From Harriotta raleighana (taxonomy: Eukaryota), in assembly GCA_050575255.1 (NCBI GenBank), contig JBNZDD010013726.1, positions 8,622,302 through 8,686,301 of the forward strand: 64,000 nt of DNA, in the 5' to 3' direction. The translations under genes were made by a program, and so were the position numbers. The notes below the pieces were generated by a model, which was not told the origin of the DNA, ran no database searches, and was given only the letters and a program-made list of their open reading frames with translations. Below, one piece after another: positions 1 through 12,669 of the stretch (position 1 is its first letter; each line of letters opens with the position of its first letter).

Positions 1-852
1 CATAGTGGTTGTGTAAACGAAAACAAATTGATCTCTCTCCCAAAGCTGCGTTTTTTTTACTGAAAACTTAAAGCACAATTCTAATTGACATGTCAAAAAT
101 GTTACACAGAATAAAGCATTAATTCAAATTTGGTTGAAATTAATTTATCCCAAAATGCGTTTAATGCTTTACTGGCCATAGAAACAAAATTAATTAATTA
201 AATTTAAATTTAACAACTCAGTGCACAACATACTCAAAATCTGCATTGAACAGACCGGTGGTGACTGCCATACTGATAGAAAATGAAATAATGCATTGAA
301 ACTTGGTTAGTAAATTCATTAACCCCCACCAACCAAAATTAGGGGAGTTTGTGGGGGAAATGCACTGCTTTGTACTGTCAAGCAAAAGTACGACAAACGG
401 AAAATCTGGAGAGAAGAAACAGCACAGAAAATCTCCCTACAAAATTGAGATCTGAACAAAATGCATTCAAATCCACCAGTATAAGTCCGAACTGCCAGCA
501 TTCTTTCAAGTGAAATTTACAACGTCACATTTGCGTGCAACAAGCAGACGACAGACAGATGCGGTTCTATAACAGCTACAGCAAATGATTTTGTGCAAAA
601 AGACACTGAACTGGTGATTAAAACTGATGAAGTAAAATCAGCCATCAAACTGGCCAATTCATATCTTTAAATGCAATTTCTAGATATAATCAACTAAGAA
701 TTGACAACATGCGTCAACGGAAGGGTTCAACTACAGATAACATATCTCTCAATACCCTAGTTATTATGTTACTGAGTCATCGAGAAGCAATAAGTAATAA
801 TGTGTACAGTGACTATTTGTGCAGTGCGGTGAATACAGATAAATATTATTAC

Positions 853-1035
853 ATAAAACAAAACCAGAAATCGCTGAGAACACTCAGCAGGTCAGGCAAC
901 GTCTATTGAGAAAGAAAAGTGAGTCAACATTGACTCATTTTCCTTTCTCCATAGATGCTGCCTGACCTGCTGAGTGTTCCCAGCGATTTCTGTTTTTGTT
1001 TCAGACTTCCGACATCTGCAGTATTTTGCATGTTG
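853..1035. mobile_element. Non-autonomous fold-back (Penelope-like) element, internally deleted copy
   Basis: Inverted arms of about 70 bp (cagaaatcgctgagaacactcagcaggtcaggca... / ...tgcctgacctgctgagtgttcccagcgatttctg) centred on gagtc-aacatt-gactc (921-936). Candidate 13-bp TSD taaatattattac (840-852) / taaacattattac (1036-1048). Same family as 17115-18203. Confidence 0.75.
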
Positions 1036-2364
1036 TAAACATTATTACTATACACGTTCAGCTGAGACTTGAAAAAATAACTGACTTTAGGGCATCAGAT
1101 CACTGCGGACTTCATTTCCTGTGTGTTTGATACATACCAGGAGTGTTAAAAATTTCCTTGTCAAATTAACACCGGTTGCTTTTTTGCGTATAATGTGCAT
1201 GTTTATGACCTGGAAGCCAGCTGATCAGTACAAGAAGCCAGGTGTAGCACATTTCTGGTTTGCATAGATCAATAGTAGGCCACCCAATGAGACAGACCAA
1301 TAAATACCAAAGGCGCTATAAACACAGTCGCTCACAGAATAGGGAAAAGTGGAGGCAGTTCAATAGGAATTTGATATCCTGAAGGTGTCTGCAAATTCAC
1401 GAGAGAATTAAATCAACTCAACGCCCTGAAGTCAACTTTGACCTGATGATCAAGTGAATGAAGTGTGTAAGAGATGAATTCTTGCTTTAGTTTTTTTTAA
1501 AATTAAGCGTCAAATGAACCAATCCCTGTACCTTTCAACTCTCTCTATCAATCACTATTAAAAATTGCTACATCACATTGTATTTTTTAATTAAAACTAT
1601 TTGCAGTAATCCTGTCCTCATACTAACATTAGAAATGAATAATTTGGAGTAGCAGTACGTGATTTAGTTACAAGTCGATTTTCCCAGCTTAAAGATTCTT
1701 TACAGTAAAGATTATGTAGCGAATTAGTAGGTTCATCGCAACCAAGTATGGAGGAAGGACAATAGATTTATCAACATATTTGATTGGTTAGCAAATAACA
1801 TTTCAGTTGAAGTGCTTGTGATTCTATTCTCTATGCCTTGTTCTTTCACTGTGCTGAATCACCCATTTCCAAGATGCACTCTTTCTAAATTAGCCTTGGA
1901 CACTGATCACAGTTGTGATGTTGGTTACTCCTGCATGAGAGAACATGCATTGTAGAAGGCAATGCAATGCAACTTTAAAGGACACCAAATAGTTCTTGTG
2001 TCATCTACTCAAAAGGAACCAACAAGACAAAAATCATACCAAGCCATAATCCATGAACCCTAATCATACGTTCATGATCTTTTTGTATATTTGTCAATTT
2101 GCACAAATATTTAGACAAAATGCTCACATCAATCAACCGGAGGAACTTGTCAATGTTAAGTTGCAGAGTCCAGCTGTATATGGAAACAGCATGTAACATC
2201 AGGTATTTTCATTAATCCAAGAAACTTCAGCAGTCCCATCATTGGCACGGCTAATGTTCAGCTCTCTCACATGGTTAGGCTCAGTGGCTTGTCAAAACCA
2301 GCTGATCAGATGAAGTCTTTGGGAGTCTTTTTTTAAATACTTTTTTTTAAAAAGACTGATACTG

Positions 2365-2570
2365 TAATGATGCTGGAATGCATTGCCTGAAAAGGTGATG
2401 GTGGCCGATTCGTTACCAGCTTTTAAAAGATAATTAGATTTTTAAAAGAGGTCTGTTAGGTTGTGGGGAGAGAGCTGGGCAGTGGGATTGAGTTGCTCTA
2501 TTCACAGAGCTGGCACAGACTAGATGGGCCGAATGGCCTCCTTTTGTGCTGTAAAATTCTATGATTCTAT
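2365..2570 (+). mobile_element. CR1-clade LINE 3' end
   Basis: ctggaatgcattgcctgaaaaggtgatgg (WNALP..V-type ORF2 end), 3' UTR gatgggccgaatggcctcct..tgtgctgtaa and attctatg-repeat tail, typical of CR1. Confidence 0.8.
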
Positions 2571-2571
2571 G

Positions 2572-2628
2572 AATAATTATACTCCTTGCATTTGATATTG
2601 CGTTTTTCACGTCTTCTAGAGGTCTCAA
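2572..2628 (-). mobile_element. tRNA-SINE 3' tail fragment
   Basis: ccttgcatttgatattgcgtttttcacgtcttctagaggtctcaaa is the reverse complement of the tail of the full copies at 14350, 27715 and 60159. Confidence 0.8.
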
Positions 2629-2699
2629 ATAAAAAAAAAGGAATGGAAGCTAAAACAGCACAATTATAAAACTAGATAGATCTGAGTTCCTTGGCCACA

Positions 2700-2960
2700 T
2701 ACATACAGACAGATTGCACTTTCAAATCCCTGTCAATGCTGAGTTAACTTGGGTAGCAATTAAAAAACTGCAAGTGGCCTCCGTGCTTCTGGGTAAGAGG
2801 TAATCTGTCAGGATTCCTCCTGCTCTTGATTAGTACGCAGTTTACTACCAGATGTGTATACACATTGACATTGCATGAACACAGGATCAGGCTGCGTCCG
2901 AACTACCACTAACTTTCAAGGTTCATAAGTGAATGGCGATTACTTGGCTGAAGGAATTGT
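2700..2960 (+). mobile_element. Ancient SINE, AmnSINE2-like (degenerate)
   Basis: Ordered motifs tgctgagtta..., tggcctc..gc..ctgggt, ttcct..gctc.tgat, acaggatcaggct match my recollection of AmnSINE2-type consensus. A related copy lies at 37905-38040. Confidence 0.5.
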
Positions 2961-5900
2961 GGCATTGTACAGAAAGAAAGTTAAAATGCCTCAAAGCAGA
3001 GAAGGCAGTGGCGAGAGAATGTGGTGTTCGCAAAGCAAAATTCCCAATCCAATTCAAATTACGTACTGAGAAACACAAACTTTGTGATGGAAAAATAATA
3101 TTCCCTCATCTTTATTTAACAGCAGCCACACATCAAGCTACAACTTGTTTCTGCGGTGTTTGTGTGCTTTGGAAGCCATGACCATATTTGTGGACAAGAA
3201 GTTCTGTCAGAACAAGGAGAACGCCACAACTTTCCATGATGTCAGCTGAGAAGCTGTAGAGTTGGCTGCAGGCCAGACTGAAGTACTGCATCTGTTCTTA
3301 TGCAGGGAGTCTATAGCTCAGCTCCCTCACAGCCCAGTCTGCCTGCCTTTTTAACTCAATAGCAAAACAAAACACATTAATCAAAAAAAAACTGTGGGTT
3401 TCTGCACAACAAAATCAAAAAATAAACTTGGTGTGAATCGAGTTCCTTCTACGATTCCAATTCTCTTTTACACAAAACCATCAGTTGAAGGTTCCCAGAT
3501 ATTTCCTCTATGCAAAATGTTAAGATAGTTTGCTTTTAGTCAGAATTCTCAAACAGCTTGCATAAAACCCAGGTTGTGGGGAGGTCGGGAGAGAGAGGAA
3601 GAATGGAGGGCTTGACCAGTATTACGTATTATTCTCTGGTTTCTGAATTTATTCATAGATTAATTGGATTAAGGTAGGTTTATTGTATCCATTGCTTGGT
3701 AACAATAACTGTCATAATAGTACTCTCTGTGTGTAAGAGAGAGAAAAAAAAGTGAGTGGAGACAGGGGAAGAGAGACTGAATGGAATGAATTATTAAATG
3801 CTCTGGGACTCTACCTTGCATGAGAGCACTATATAAATGCAAGTTGTTGTAAAACTAAACAGTTGTTAATATTAAATGACTCAATATTTGCATTTCTCAA
3901 TGGTTTGAACATCTCTGCTTGACTTATTACATTTTTTGAGGTAAAACCTCTGGCAGACATCTAAACTGCCGAAATCAAAAATCACGATCAAGTGCTTTTA
4001 GTGATATTCCCACCATCTTTATTTTTTGCTAAATCTTTAAGTAAGGAAAAAAAATCATAGAAATGCAAGGTTTTTTTTCTTTATGGTTGAAGGTGAGGTA
4101 GACAGTTTTACTCAGAAATGAAGAATAAAGCTGATTAATGTGCTAAATGCACCTTGTGTTTTATTCAGTGCTAACTAATGCAAAAAAAACCCCCACAGAA
4201 ACTGTTGCATCCATTGATAACATTCTCAGCTGCAATGAGATCCAATAAACTGAGGTACTGTATTGTTATATTCTCGTGGGGAAAATCATGTTTCAATTGT
4301 AACAGTTGCTGAAATGTGATGTTTAAATAAAACCACAAAATACTGTGCTTGCCTCTTAAAGCATTGGGAAGTCATGTGAAACTAAGCATAACAGCTCTGC
4401 ACATTCTGGGCCTATTAACTCAGAACTGCTAAGCGCTAAGTTTCTGGGTTTGTGTGGTTTCACAGGTGGCCAACACTATGAATGAGCCAGTGTTATACTT
4501 AGGCACATTATAGTAGGATTGCTCTCTGAGTGGATTTGCGATTATTAAGGTCATTCTCAATAGCACAATACATTTTATCAATACTATTTTGTCGTATTTA
4601 CGATTCTTAAATTCTCATTTCTCTTATAAAAAGAAAAACTCTTAACATTTGTTGTACAAATGAACAGAACTAGAAATTGTATATTCATTCATTAACTTCA
4701 ACTGAATTGCAGATATTACTGATCAATCCAAAAGTGTTGGAGCTCAAACAAAGCACTGGCCATAATAATAATAAATCCATTCATTTGGTATGGCACCTTT
4801 CATCTCGATAAGACTTCACAAAGTGCTTTAACATCAACAACAAAATTACAGAGCGCCTTTCATGTCGGGGGGACATAGGATTTAGTGTGTAGTTGTGTGT
4901 TTGTGTACTTGTGGGCAAATAATAGATTTCAGAGGGGGTTTTTTTTTTTGGGGGGAAGACTGTATTAATCAAGCAGTATCTCAAAGAATGCAACTGAACA
5001 CTACAAAGATGCGCAAAGGTCCCAAATGTGCATGCAGTAAGCCTATAATAATACAAATACAGTATATACATGTCATTGCAATATGCGTTTTCACCAATAG
5101 ATGTCAATGGCTTGCTTGATAAAATATAAACCAAGGTAACAGAAAAATTATCAAGGAATTTACGGGTGTTTACCACTTTGTTGTTGGAATGACTGAAAAG
5201 TAGACAATTAGCTTTAATGCTACTGTCTAATGTACACCTAATCAGAATCATTCCAGTTCTAGGCTTCTCACTGTGGATTAACAGAACCATTGAAAGATGG
5301 TTTACCATACAGTCACTTATCATGTGCTGCTCAACATGTCTAAGAAATCAGTGTCAGTATTTAAATGCTTAGCAAGCAAACACTTTGAGTCAGTTTTATT
5401 TAATCTGACTTGATCAGTTCACAATGCTTTGGGATTGGATCTTGACCAGTTTTTGAGTCAGTCATTCACTATGTTGTATTCATTATATCCCTCGCCTTCA
5501 TTATATCCAGGATATAATCTATAGCCTATTAGAGTACTTAACCTAACCATGTTTACTGCAGGTGAATCTGAAGTAAAATAACTTGAGAAACTCTAAATGG
5601 AAAATCTTCTACTGATTATTGAAATCCTCACTTCTGTCACCTCAGAAATAAGGCAAAAGCTCAGATCTATCAAATATAGAATTCCGCTAATCTAAACATA
5701 AGAAAATTAATTTTGTAGCTGTCAGCATTGTATGAATTGCTCTGGATTTATAAATCACATAAGTAGCATGGTCTTAAAGTGTTCTGGGATGCTATGCTGT
5801 GTGAGGGTCTATATAAATATAAGTTGTTGTGGTTATTGTTGGTCCAGGGCTGAAGTGCCTAGATTGATCACAAACTCTTGTGTTAACAGCGACAACAACA

Positions 5901-6887
5901 ACATCTTTGATTTATATAGCAGTTAACAAGGCAGCCGTGCACCTCAGTAGAACGAGAGGAAGAGCAGGATACCTTGGATCATTCGTTAGGCAGTTCCAAG
6001 AGTATCATAAAACCCGAGTGATACTCAAATAGTTTACAACCAACTCTGAGCTAAAATAAAAAGGTTTTAAATTACTTCACATCTCTGTTTGTATTATCCA
6101 GTTTAGACTTTATGTAGAGAGTTTGTTTGGCTATTGGCACACACCCTTGTTCTTCAGGTCAAGGGCTCACAATTTATTCTTATGTAGTAGTGGATTAAGA
6201 ACCATCCTATTTTTACTGCAGCTTTGAATAAACATTACACATGAGATCTGTTCTAACTGTAGAGAATATATAGATGCTAATACAGGGGTCAGAATAGGAA
6301 ACCAGTTGTATTATTGGCATTAGTGATACAAACCGCATTTTCTGCAGGGAATTCCCTACAACTCAAAACGTCGGAGCTGGACAAATACAACAATTAAATT
6401 ATCAACTACAGTATTGATAGGAGCAGAGTATGCTGCTTCAGGTTAGCACAAATCCACAATAGACATTAAGTGAGCTGACACTCTAATCAAAGGGTGCTCT
6501 CATATGGTTCCCCTGTTCAATTGAAAGGTATTCTTGAGCACATAATTTCTTAAGAATGAAATATCTACGACATGCAAAAATAGCAAAGAATTCAAATGAA
6601 TTACTAAAAGGCTCCGATCATGGTTTCTAATACATATAATGAAAATATATGTAATTGTACACAGAATTGTGTTCCACTCCACACATGTGTTAATCCAAAT
6701 CCCAAAGTACTGTATAAGGCAGCAGAAGTTTACAGTTCGTGGTTTTTCTCGAGTTCCTTCCTCAACTGCAATAATCTGCCTGAAACAATTTGCTTGTAAA
6801 TTCAGTCACTCTGCACACTTAGGTTTCTCACTGAATTGTCCACTGCACAGAAGCATTTGCTCAACTTTTACTCCTAGATATTCCTAC

Positions 6888-6929
6888 CTGATAAAACTCT
6901 CGAAGCCAGTTCTTTTGTAGGTTTTCAGG
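6888..6929 (-). CDS. INPP5A: Inositol polyphosphate 5-phosphatase A (type I IP3 5-phosphatase), coding exon 2, 42 bp, phase 0/0
   Basis: Minus strand reads ccttttgttttgcAG|CCT GAA AAC CTA CAA AAG AAC TGG CTT CGA GAG TTT TAT CAG|GTagga = PENLQKNWLREFYQ. This matches the vertebrate INPP5A segment ...GSLFDD-PENLQKNWLREFYQ-VVH... as I recall it. It has a polypyrimidine tract, a canonical AG acceptor (6931-6930) and a GT donor (6887-6886). Confidence 0.95.
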
Positions 6930-7090
6930 CTGCAAAACAAAAGGTAGAACAATGTGTAAATAAAATGTTCACAAAAGACATACTAGTTTGTGCTATTTGA
7001 CTCCCTGAAAGCTACTGAAGGAATATTTTGCTAAAACTTTTTTAAAAACAATTCTTGTGAAAAATGATTATTTAACCAAAGGGAACCAAA

Positions 7091-7275
7091 TTATAATACT
7101 CTTTGCATTTGATATAGTGCCTTTCATGCCAGAAGACATTTTAAAATGCTGAACAGAATTTACTATAAAGTGTATTTTTGAAGGAAACACAGCAGTCAAT
7201 TCGCACACAGCAGTGTCCCCCAAACATCCATGAAATTAATGAACTATTTTGTTTATGGGATTGTTGGCCAGGTCT
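7091..7275 (-). mobile_element. Deu-type SINE 3' half (degenerate)
   Basis: ttgcatttgatatagtgcctttcatg...gcagtcaattcgcacacagcagtgtccc is the reverse complement of the gggacactgctgtgtgcaattggctgc core plus tail. Confidence 0.7.
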
Positions 7276-9004
7276 CTTTGTGAGTAGATCATGGGATGAG
7301 TAGGCAGGTGGTGTTTTCGACATCAATTAACAATTTCATTTCAATCAAACTGTTGGAAGAAATATAGAAATGACAGATTTGTGTTAATTGATGGCAAATA
7401 GCTCTTTCTCAAAAAAAAAGCCATGAATATTTCCTGTGCAATAGAATTACACTATGTTAACTCCACCAACAAGTTAAATAGAATACCGAATCATTTACTA
7501 TACTATGAGAAGCTATCTTCAAATTGTTCCTAAATTGTTCAGTATCTTCCAGGGTCGTATTGCTATCATCATCGATTGGTTAACATTAGTATCTGTGACG
7601 TCATTTGAAAAAGCATGTATTATACCATGCCCTGCTTCAGATTTCCACTAGTGTGACTGTGCCTTAAACTGTTTACTGACTGTAATCTGGCGTAACATTG
7701 AAGTCAGCCTATAAAGAGCACTTATTGGGATGAAGGAGAGTCTGCTCTTAATCTAGCCAGAGGTACATTTGTACTACAGAAAAGACATTCACTATACCAG
7801 CTAGTATGCTCTGCAATACTAAGCAACGTGAAAGGTCTGTAAATTTAGCAGGAGCAAATTTTAAGGTTTCTTATTTTGTTCAGCAAACTCCAAGTTGGAG
7901 GTTTGGGTGGGGTGGGGGAGAGTAATTTTCTCCCAGAGAGGGGTTTGTGAGTGGTGTAAGAAAATAAATAGATATCTAACTTAACATGCCTTCAATCAAC
8001 GAATCTCTGAACAGTTTTGTTACTACAGTACCTATAATGTTATGAGAAGTGTGACTATTATTGTTTTCCACTGATAAAGATGTAAAAGTACCTAGTTTCA
8101 TGTTTGCAGTGTGCACACAGGCAGACCTCAGAACTAATGGGCATGACTGTGAATTGCAGTTGCCAGCCTGATGCTTTTAATAGGATTTGATTCCAGTCAG
8201 TGGGATACACAACAAAGTCTGTACCAGCTGTGTCAATGGGATATGAGATGCACCAATTCTGATGTCAATCACACTCAATCCTTAGCGAGTGGGCAGCTTC
8301 CCACCGAAATAACTTGCTGCAATTTCAATCTTCACTGGCTGGTTGCAGCAATCTTTCCCTACATGCAGTACAAGCCTCAATCATTTGCAGCCTTTTACCC
8401 TCATTCACAACATCTCTTTTAATAAATGTACTCAATCACTCAGGACATAATTAAGTACAATATTGCTCTTTGCTTTAACCTACAAAAGAACCACCAGTTT
8501 TTACACTGCAAAACTCCCAGCTTCTCTGTGGGTTCTGTTTTTGTCGTCAATGGTAACCACAATAATATTAAAGCTGGCAGCTATTGTGCCCAAACACATA
8601 AAAGGTTGTGTTTAGGTGACTGCTATAGTAACAACTCGCATGGTCTGATTAGGCAGAAAAATATCTGAAGGACCCTCTTCAATTTGTCTAAGGGTAACTA
8701 AATATTTCTAAATTCTAATTCAGTATATTGTAATTTATAATGTACTGTAAGGAACCTAGCAGCTGAGTTTGACCTCTTGATGATCTCGCAAACCTAAGTT
8801 CATCTTTGCAAAACACTAAACTTGTAGCAAACATTTCTCCTAATCTCCAAACTATAGCTCAAATGAAATAGGTGAGGTGTGAATTCATTTCTGAACATTC
8901 TTGACTCTACTATTGTACTATGTTTTTAAGGTTTAGGAGAAATCATAACAATATTCTAATTTATTCAAGTTCACATAATATTTTATATTGAAATATGGTA
9001 CAAC

Positions 9005-9357
9005 TACAGGAACATAGAGCTGGCCCATCGAGTCTGTTCCTCCATGCTACAATCATGGCTGATCTATCCCTCAACACCAATACACTCACCCTTGCCCCAA
9101 TTGCCTTGATATATCTTTACTTAATAGATGTCTGTCCATCACAGTCTTGGAAACTTGAATAGATTCAGCATCCACAGCCCTTTGAGCTTTTTGATAACTT
9201 CATGTCGTTGTTTTTAGTGATTTGTTTTAAGTGATTTGTAACACCCAAATCTCTTTGCTCCTCCATAGTTCTTAGGTTCTCACTATTTAAAAAATCTTCT
9301 GTTTTGCTAGTTTTGGATCCATAGGCTAAGACCTCACACTTACCCATATTGAATTCT
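9005..9357 (-). mobile_element. CR1-clade LINE fragments (3' end plus ORF2 piece, internally deleted)
   Basis: Minus-strand ORF ...MGKCEVLAYG...ENLRTMEEQRDLGV matches the CR1 ORF2 FN..KCEV.HFG / EQRDLGV motifs. ggcccatcgagtctgttcc...atcatggctgatc is a reverse-complement CR1 3' UTR. Confidence 0.75.
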
Positions 9358-11199
9358 AATCATTTTTATCAGGAAATATTGCATTTTTAAATGTATTCAA
9401 CTAACAATCCTTCAATCTGAAGAATAATATAAATTGAAAAAGTTATGAGTTGTGGCTTTCTCAAAAATGTAATAATCCCAGCCTTTGATAAAGCATCAGC
9501 AAAAGAATATCAAGAAAATCACAAAGAGTTTCATAAGAGTTTCTGTAAGATGTATTTGATTAAATATTTGTAAGCATCCGCAGCAGACAATTTTCACGCA
9601 GGAACATTTGACATGAATAATCATAGAATTTTAAAATGATTCAGCCCATGGTGTCTTGTGTTATTTGGAAAAGTAATCCTCCTAATTGCTCTCCTTCACT
9701 CTTTTGCTAATTATCCTGTCCCACAATCACTGACTCATTGACCACACTAAACTTTATCTGGAGGATTGTTAGCTGTATTTAAGACTTCACCAAATTTGGG
9801 AGATTTAATATGCTATATAAATATATAGAGGTGTAATTTCTCCCAATGGTATTGTAAAACATTACTTCTACAATTTAGCTGCTGTTAAAAAATTCACATT
9901 TTAGTCTTACGCTCAGAATTTTAAAAATATTCAGTCATATTTCACCCTTTCGTGTAAAGCATGAGAAGTTTCTCAAATTATGAAATAATACATAAGAATT
10001 TAATTTAATTGGGTATTTTCCTGCAAAATACAACATTCCAACCACACTTCAAAGTATAAAATGAAAGGCGTCACACCAAATTAAATTAATTAAATACAAC
10101 AATTATTTTAAGGACGTGGTAAATAAAACAGTGATTTTTATGAGTGGAAATGAGCTTTCAATAGATGTTGAAAGTTTTAACTAAATTGAATACCCGTAGA
10201 AAGTTGGCAGAAAGGATGCAACTCAAATCTTTAACCTTATCTCTAGCTTCAGATATGAATTAGCACTGCCTTGCAGTGACTCCTCCGTAGCTAATGCTAG
10301 AAGTAGCTACATTTCTGTACATTTTCTCCCCCAGCCTGCTCAATCATCTCAGCACAAAGTGAAAATTCAAATCTACTACCATCTGATCTGTATGGGACAA
10401 TCTGCCGAAATAAAAGGAGCTACACAAATGTAATTTTGTTGTTGTTGTTGTTGGTACCTGCCTGCAGTTAATTGCTAGGTTATCAAATGAGCTTGCTAGC
10501 ACTATCCGCGGTGAACGAGACAGAATAGAATCACCAGTGGCCTGAGGGCAATTCAGCGCTGGTTCTATTTGAATCAAACCTCTATGCAACAACAGAGATC
10601 CCTGTGCATTACCAGAGTAACTGATGTAGTTGTCTGAATGAGGTTGGTTAATTTTCCACTGACATGAGTGCGCATTAAATATGGTTAAGTGAGCTCAATT
10701 TTTGGGGTAACTTGGGGAGTTTTTCAAATGGAAAAATGACTATTCATTGCAATAACTAAGTTCCATTGTCATGTGCCACAAAATTGTATGTTCCTGTCAC
10801 CTGCTTACTGATCAGATAAGTTACAACTGTATATGAGCAACAGCACCACAGATAAGTGCAGTATCTCCACTGAGTTAATATAAAATATGTTTTCTTCAGA
10901 CTACACTGAATAGTAAAGTTCCCAGTCCCTACTATACAATTCTAAAGAATGCTAGCATGTTTTAAAGGTCGATAACAGAGGTATTTCTGCACTACTTCAA
11001 CCGTTTTATAAAATGTACAACTTTTATTTGCATCAGGAAGCATGGTAAAGGTTTAATCTTAAAGTCTTTTTGACATTTGTCATAACTTCACCATTAGAGA
11101 ATTATCAAGTTTATCATCTAGTAGTTTCAAATTATATTTTTTTTACACTGCATTTTGGGAGAAGCTAAGCAATCATCTTTTCTGATCTTGTACACCTCT

Positions 11200-11352
11200 C
11201 CAGTAGCTCAGCGGTTAGAGCACTCGCCTGACAAGCATGAGACCTGTGGTCGAATCCATGCAGATCAGGGCGAAACCTTGGGCAAGTTTCCTTCCGACTA
11301 ATAGTAATGCATCCAAAAAAAACACAATAAGAAAATTTGGTCATTTCAATCA
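11200..11352 (+). mobile_element. tRNA-derived SINE, 5' half
   Basis: tagctcagcggttagagcactcgcctgacaagcatgagacc..gtcgaatcc head followed by gggcgaaaccttgggcaagtttcctt. Confidence 0.85.
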
Positions 11353-12669
11353 CTGAACAGTAGGAAGGTACAGAAGATTATCATACACTGTTTGCGAATC
11401 CCAGAAAAAATGCAGTTAGAAGGATAGAACAAACTTTTCGCTGCATTGGCTAACAAAGCATGTTAGATTCAAGTGTCACTGCCAGTAATTACAATAATAT
11501 CATTCAAATTGTTTTGTCAAATTGTCTGCGTAATAACCAAATTTGTTTGGTGTTCCAGCAAGGAAATCAGCTCACTGAAACTGTGGTTCACTGTGAATAA
11601 TACAGTACGATATATGTTCCAAGTCCTTTATAAAATGCATTGGTACTTTTGGAAACTGCTGGAAACTGTTCCTTTGATGAATTTAAAAAGGAAACTGATT
11701 CCAAAGTAATTGAAGGGGCAATGAAACCCGCAATGGAAGAGAAAGCATTGGTGTTTAAAACGAGGCACAATCCCAATATTTAAAGAATTCTCCCTGTGGT
11801 CCAATGTAGATTAAAACGTTACTTCCATATACATTATGTCAATCAAACTTGCGGTTAAAGCATAAATAGAAACTCTATCTACATTCTCTATCCTCAGTCT
11901 CTATCCTCTATACTTCCTGTACTGCTGCCCAGAATATAATTTACAAATTGTAATTAAAGCAACCTTCTAATTGACAGGGTTCTATAAATACATGCTCAGT
12001 TTTTAGTTCATCCGTTTTCTCCATTATTAAAGACGGTCACTAACCACCTCAAGGTTTCCGCAGCAGCACTCACCAAACCTTTCATTTCAACCAAAGCGTT
12101 TAATTAATTTTTCATGGGGGAGACAGATTCCTATACCACTTGAAATATTCGTTTCGTTCCCTGATATTTTAATTTCTGCATTGTCTGTCATGTTATGCTG
12201 TGTGCTGAGCACAGATACAGTGAGTGTCTCCACCACACCGACACCACAAGAGAGCTCTGCAGTTTCTGCTTCAAAATTGCCTCTTAAATTGCCATTCTTG
12301 GTTTCAAATCAGCTGGGAAGAGAGTAAATTAAAGACTGCCACATGGGTTGTGCTATTTTTAATATTATCTAGTCCCCTACAGATAACTCAAACTTCCAAT
12401 TATATTTGATAGATGGCTGACCTTAGCATTCAGCCACAGAAAAATTAACAGGCACTTAAGTCCACAGATGCACTGAGATATGGTCATGATAGCTCTTCAT
12501 AAACACTTGGAAAGTTGCAGAGAACAGGACATCCATCCATCAACTTGGTGGATGACTAATTGGTAACAGAAAACCCGAAAGCTGTTCAATCACCAAACGG
12601 GGGGAGGGGGTAGGGTAATTTCAGATCTCAATTTACAAGTTTTTTTTGTTCTGATTCTGATTCTTGAGA

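Larger units (their letters stand above)
1..6887 (-). other. INPP5A: INPP5A intron 2 (partial; exon 3 apparently lies before position 1)
   Basis: Follows the GT donor at 6887. I saw no minus-strand sequence encoding VVH.HKPHFMALHCQE. Confidence 0.75.

Noticed and set aside
3133-3291. 52-codon minus-strand ORF (MQYFSLACSQ...) and a plus-strand frame EAMTIFVDKKF faintly like INPP5A exon 3 (EASMSHVDKF)
   Set aside because: The resemblance is on the wrong strand and lacks the HKPHFMALHCQE motif. The minus ORF matches nothing I recognise and has no convincing splice sites. It may still be a conserved non-coding block.
4781-5323. 180-aa minus-strand ORF and the other 60-140 aa track ORFs
   Set aside because: They show no recognisable domains, often have non-ATG starts, and overlap SINE/L2 stubs and homopolymers, as expected for random ORFs in intronic DNA.
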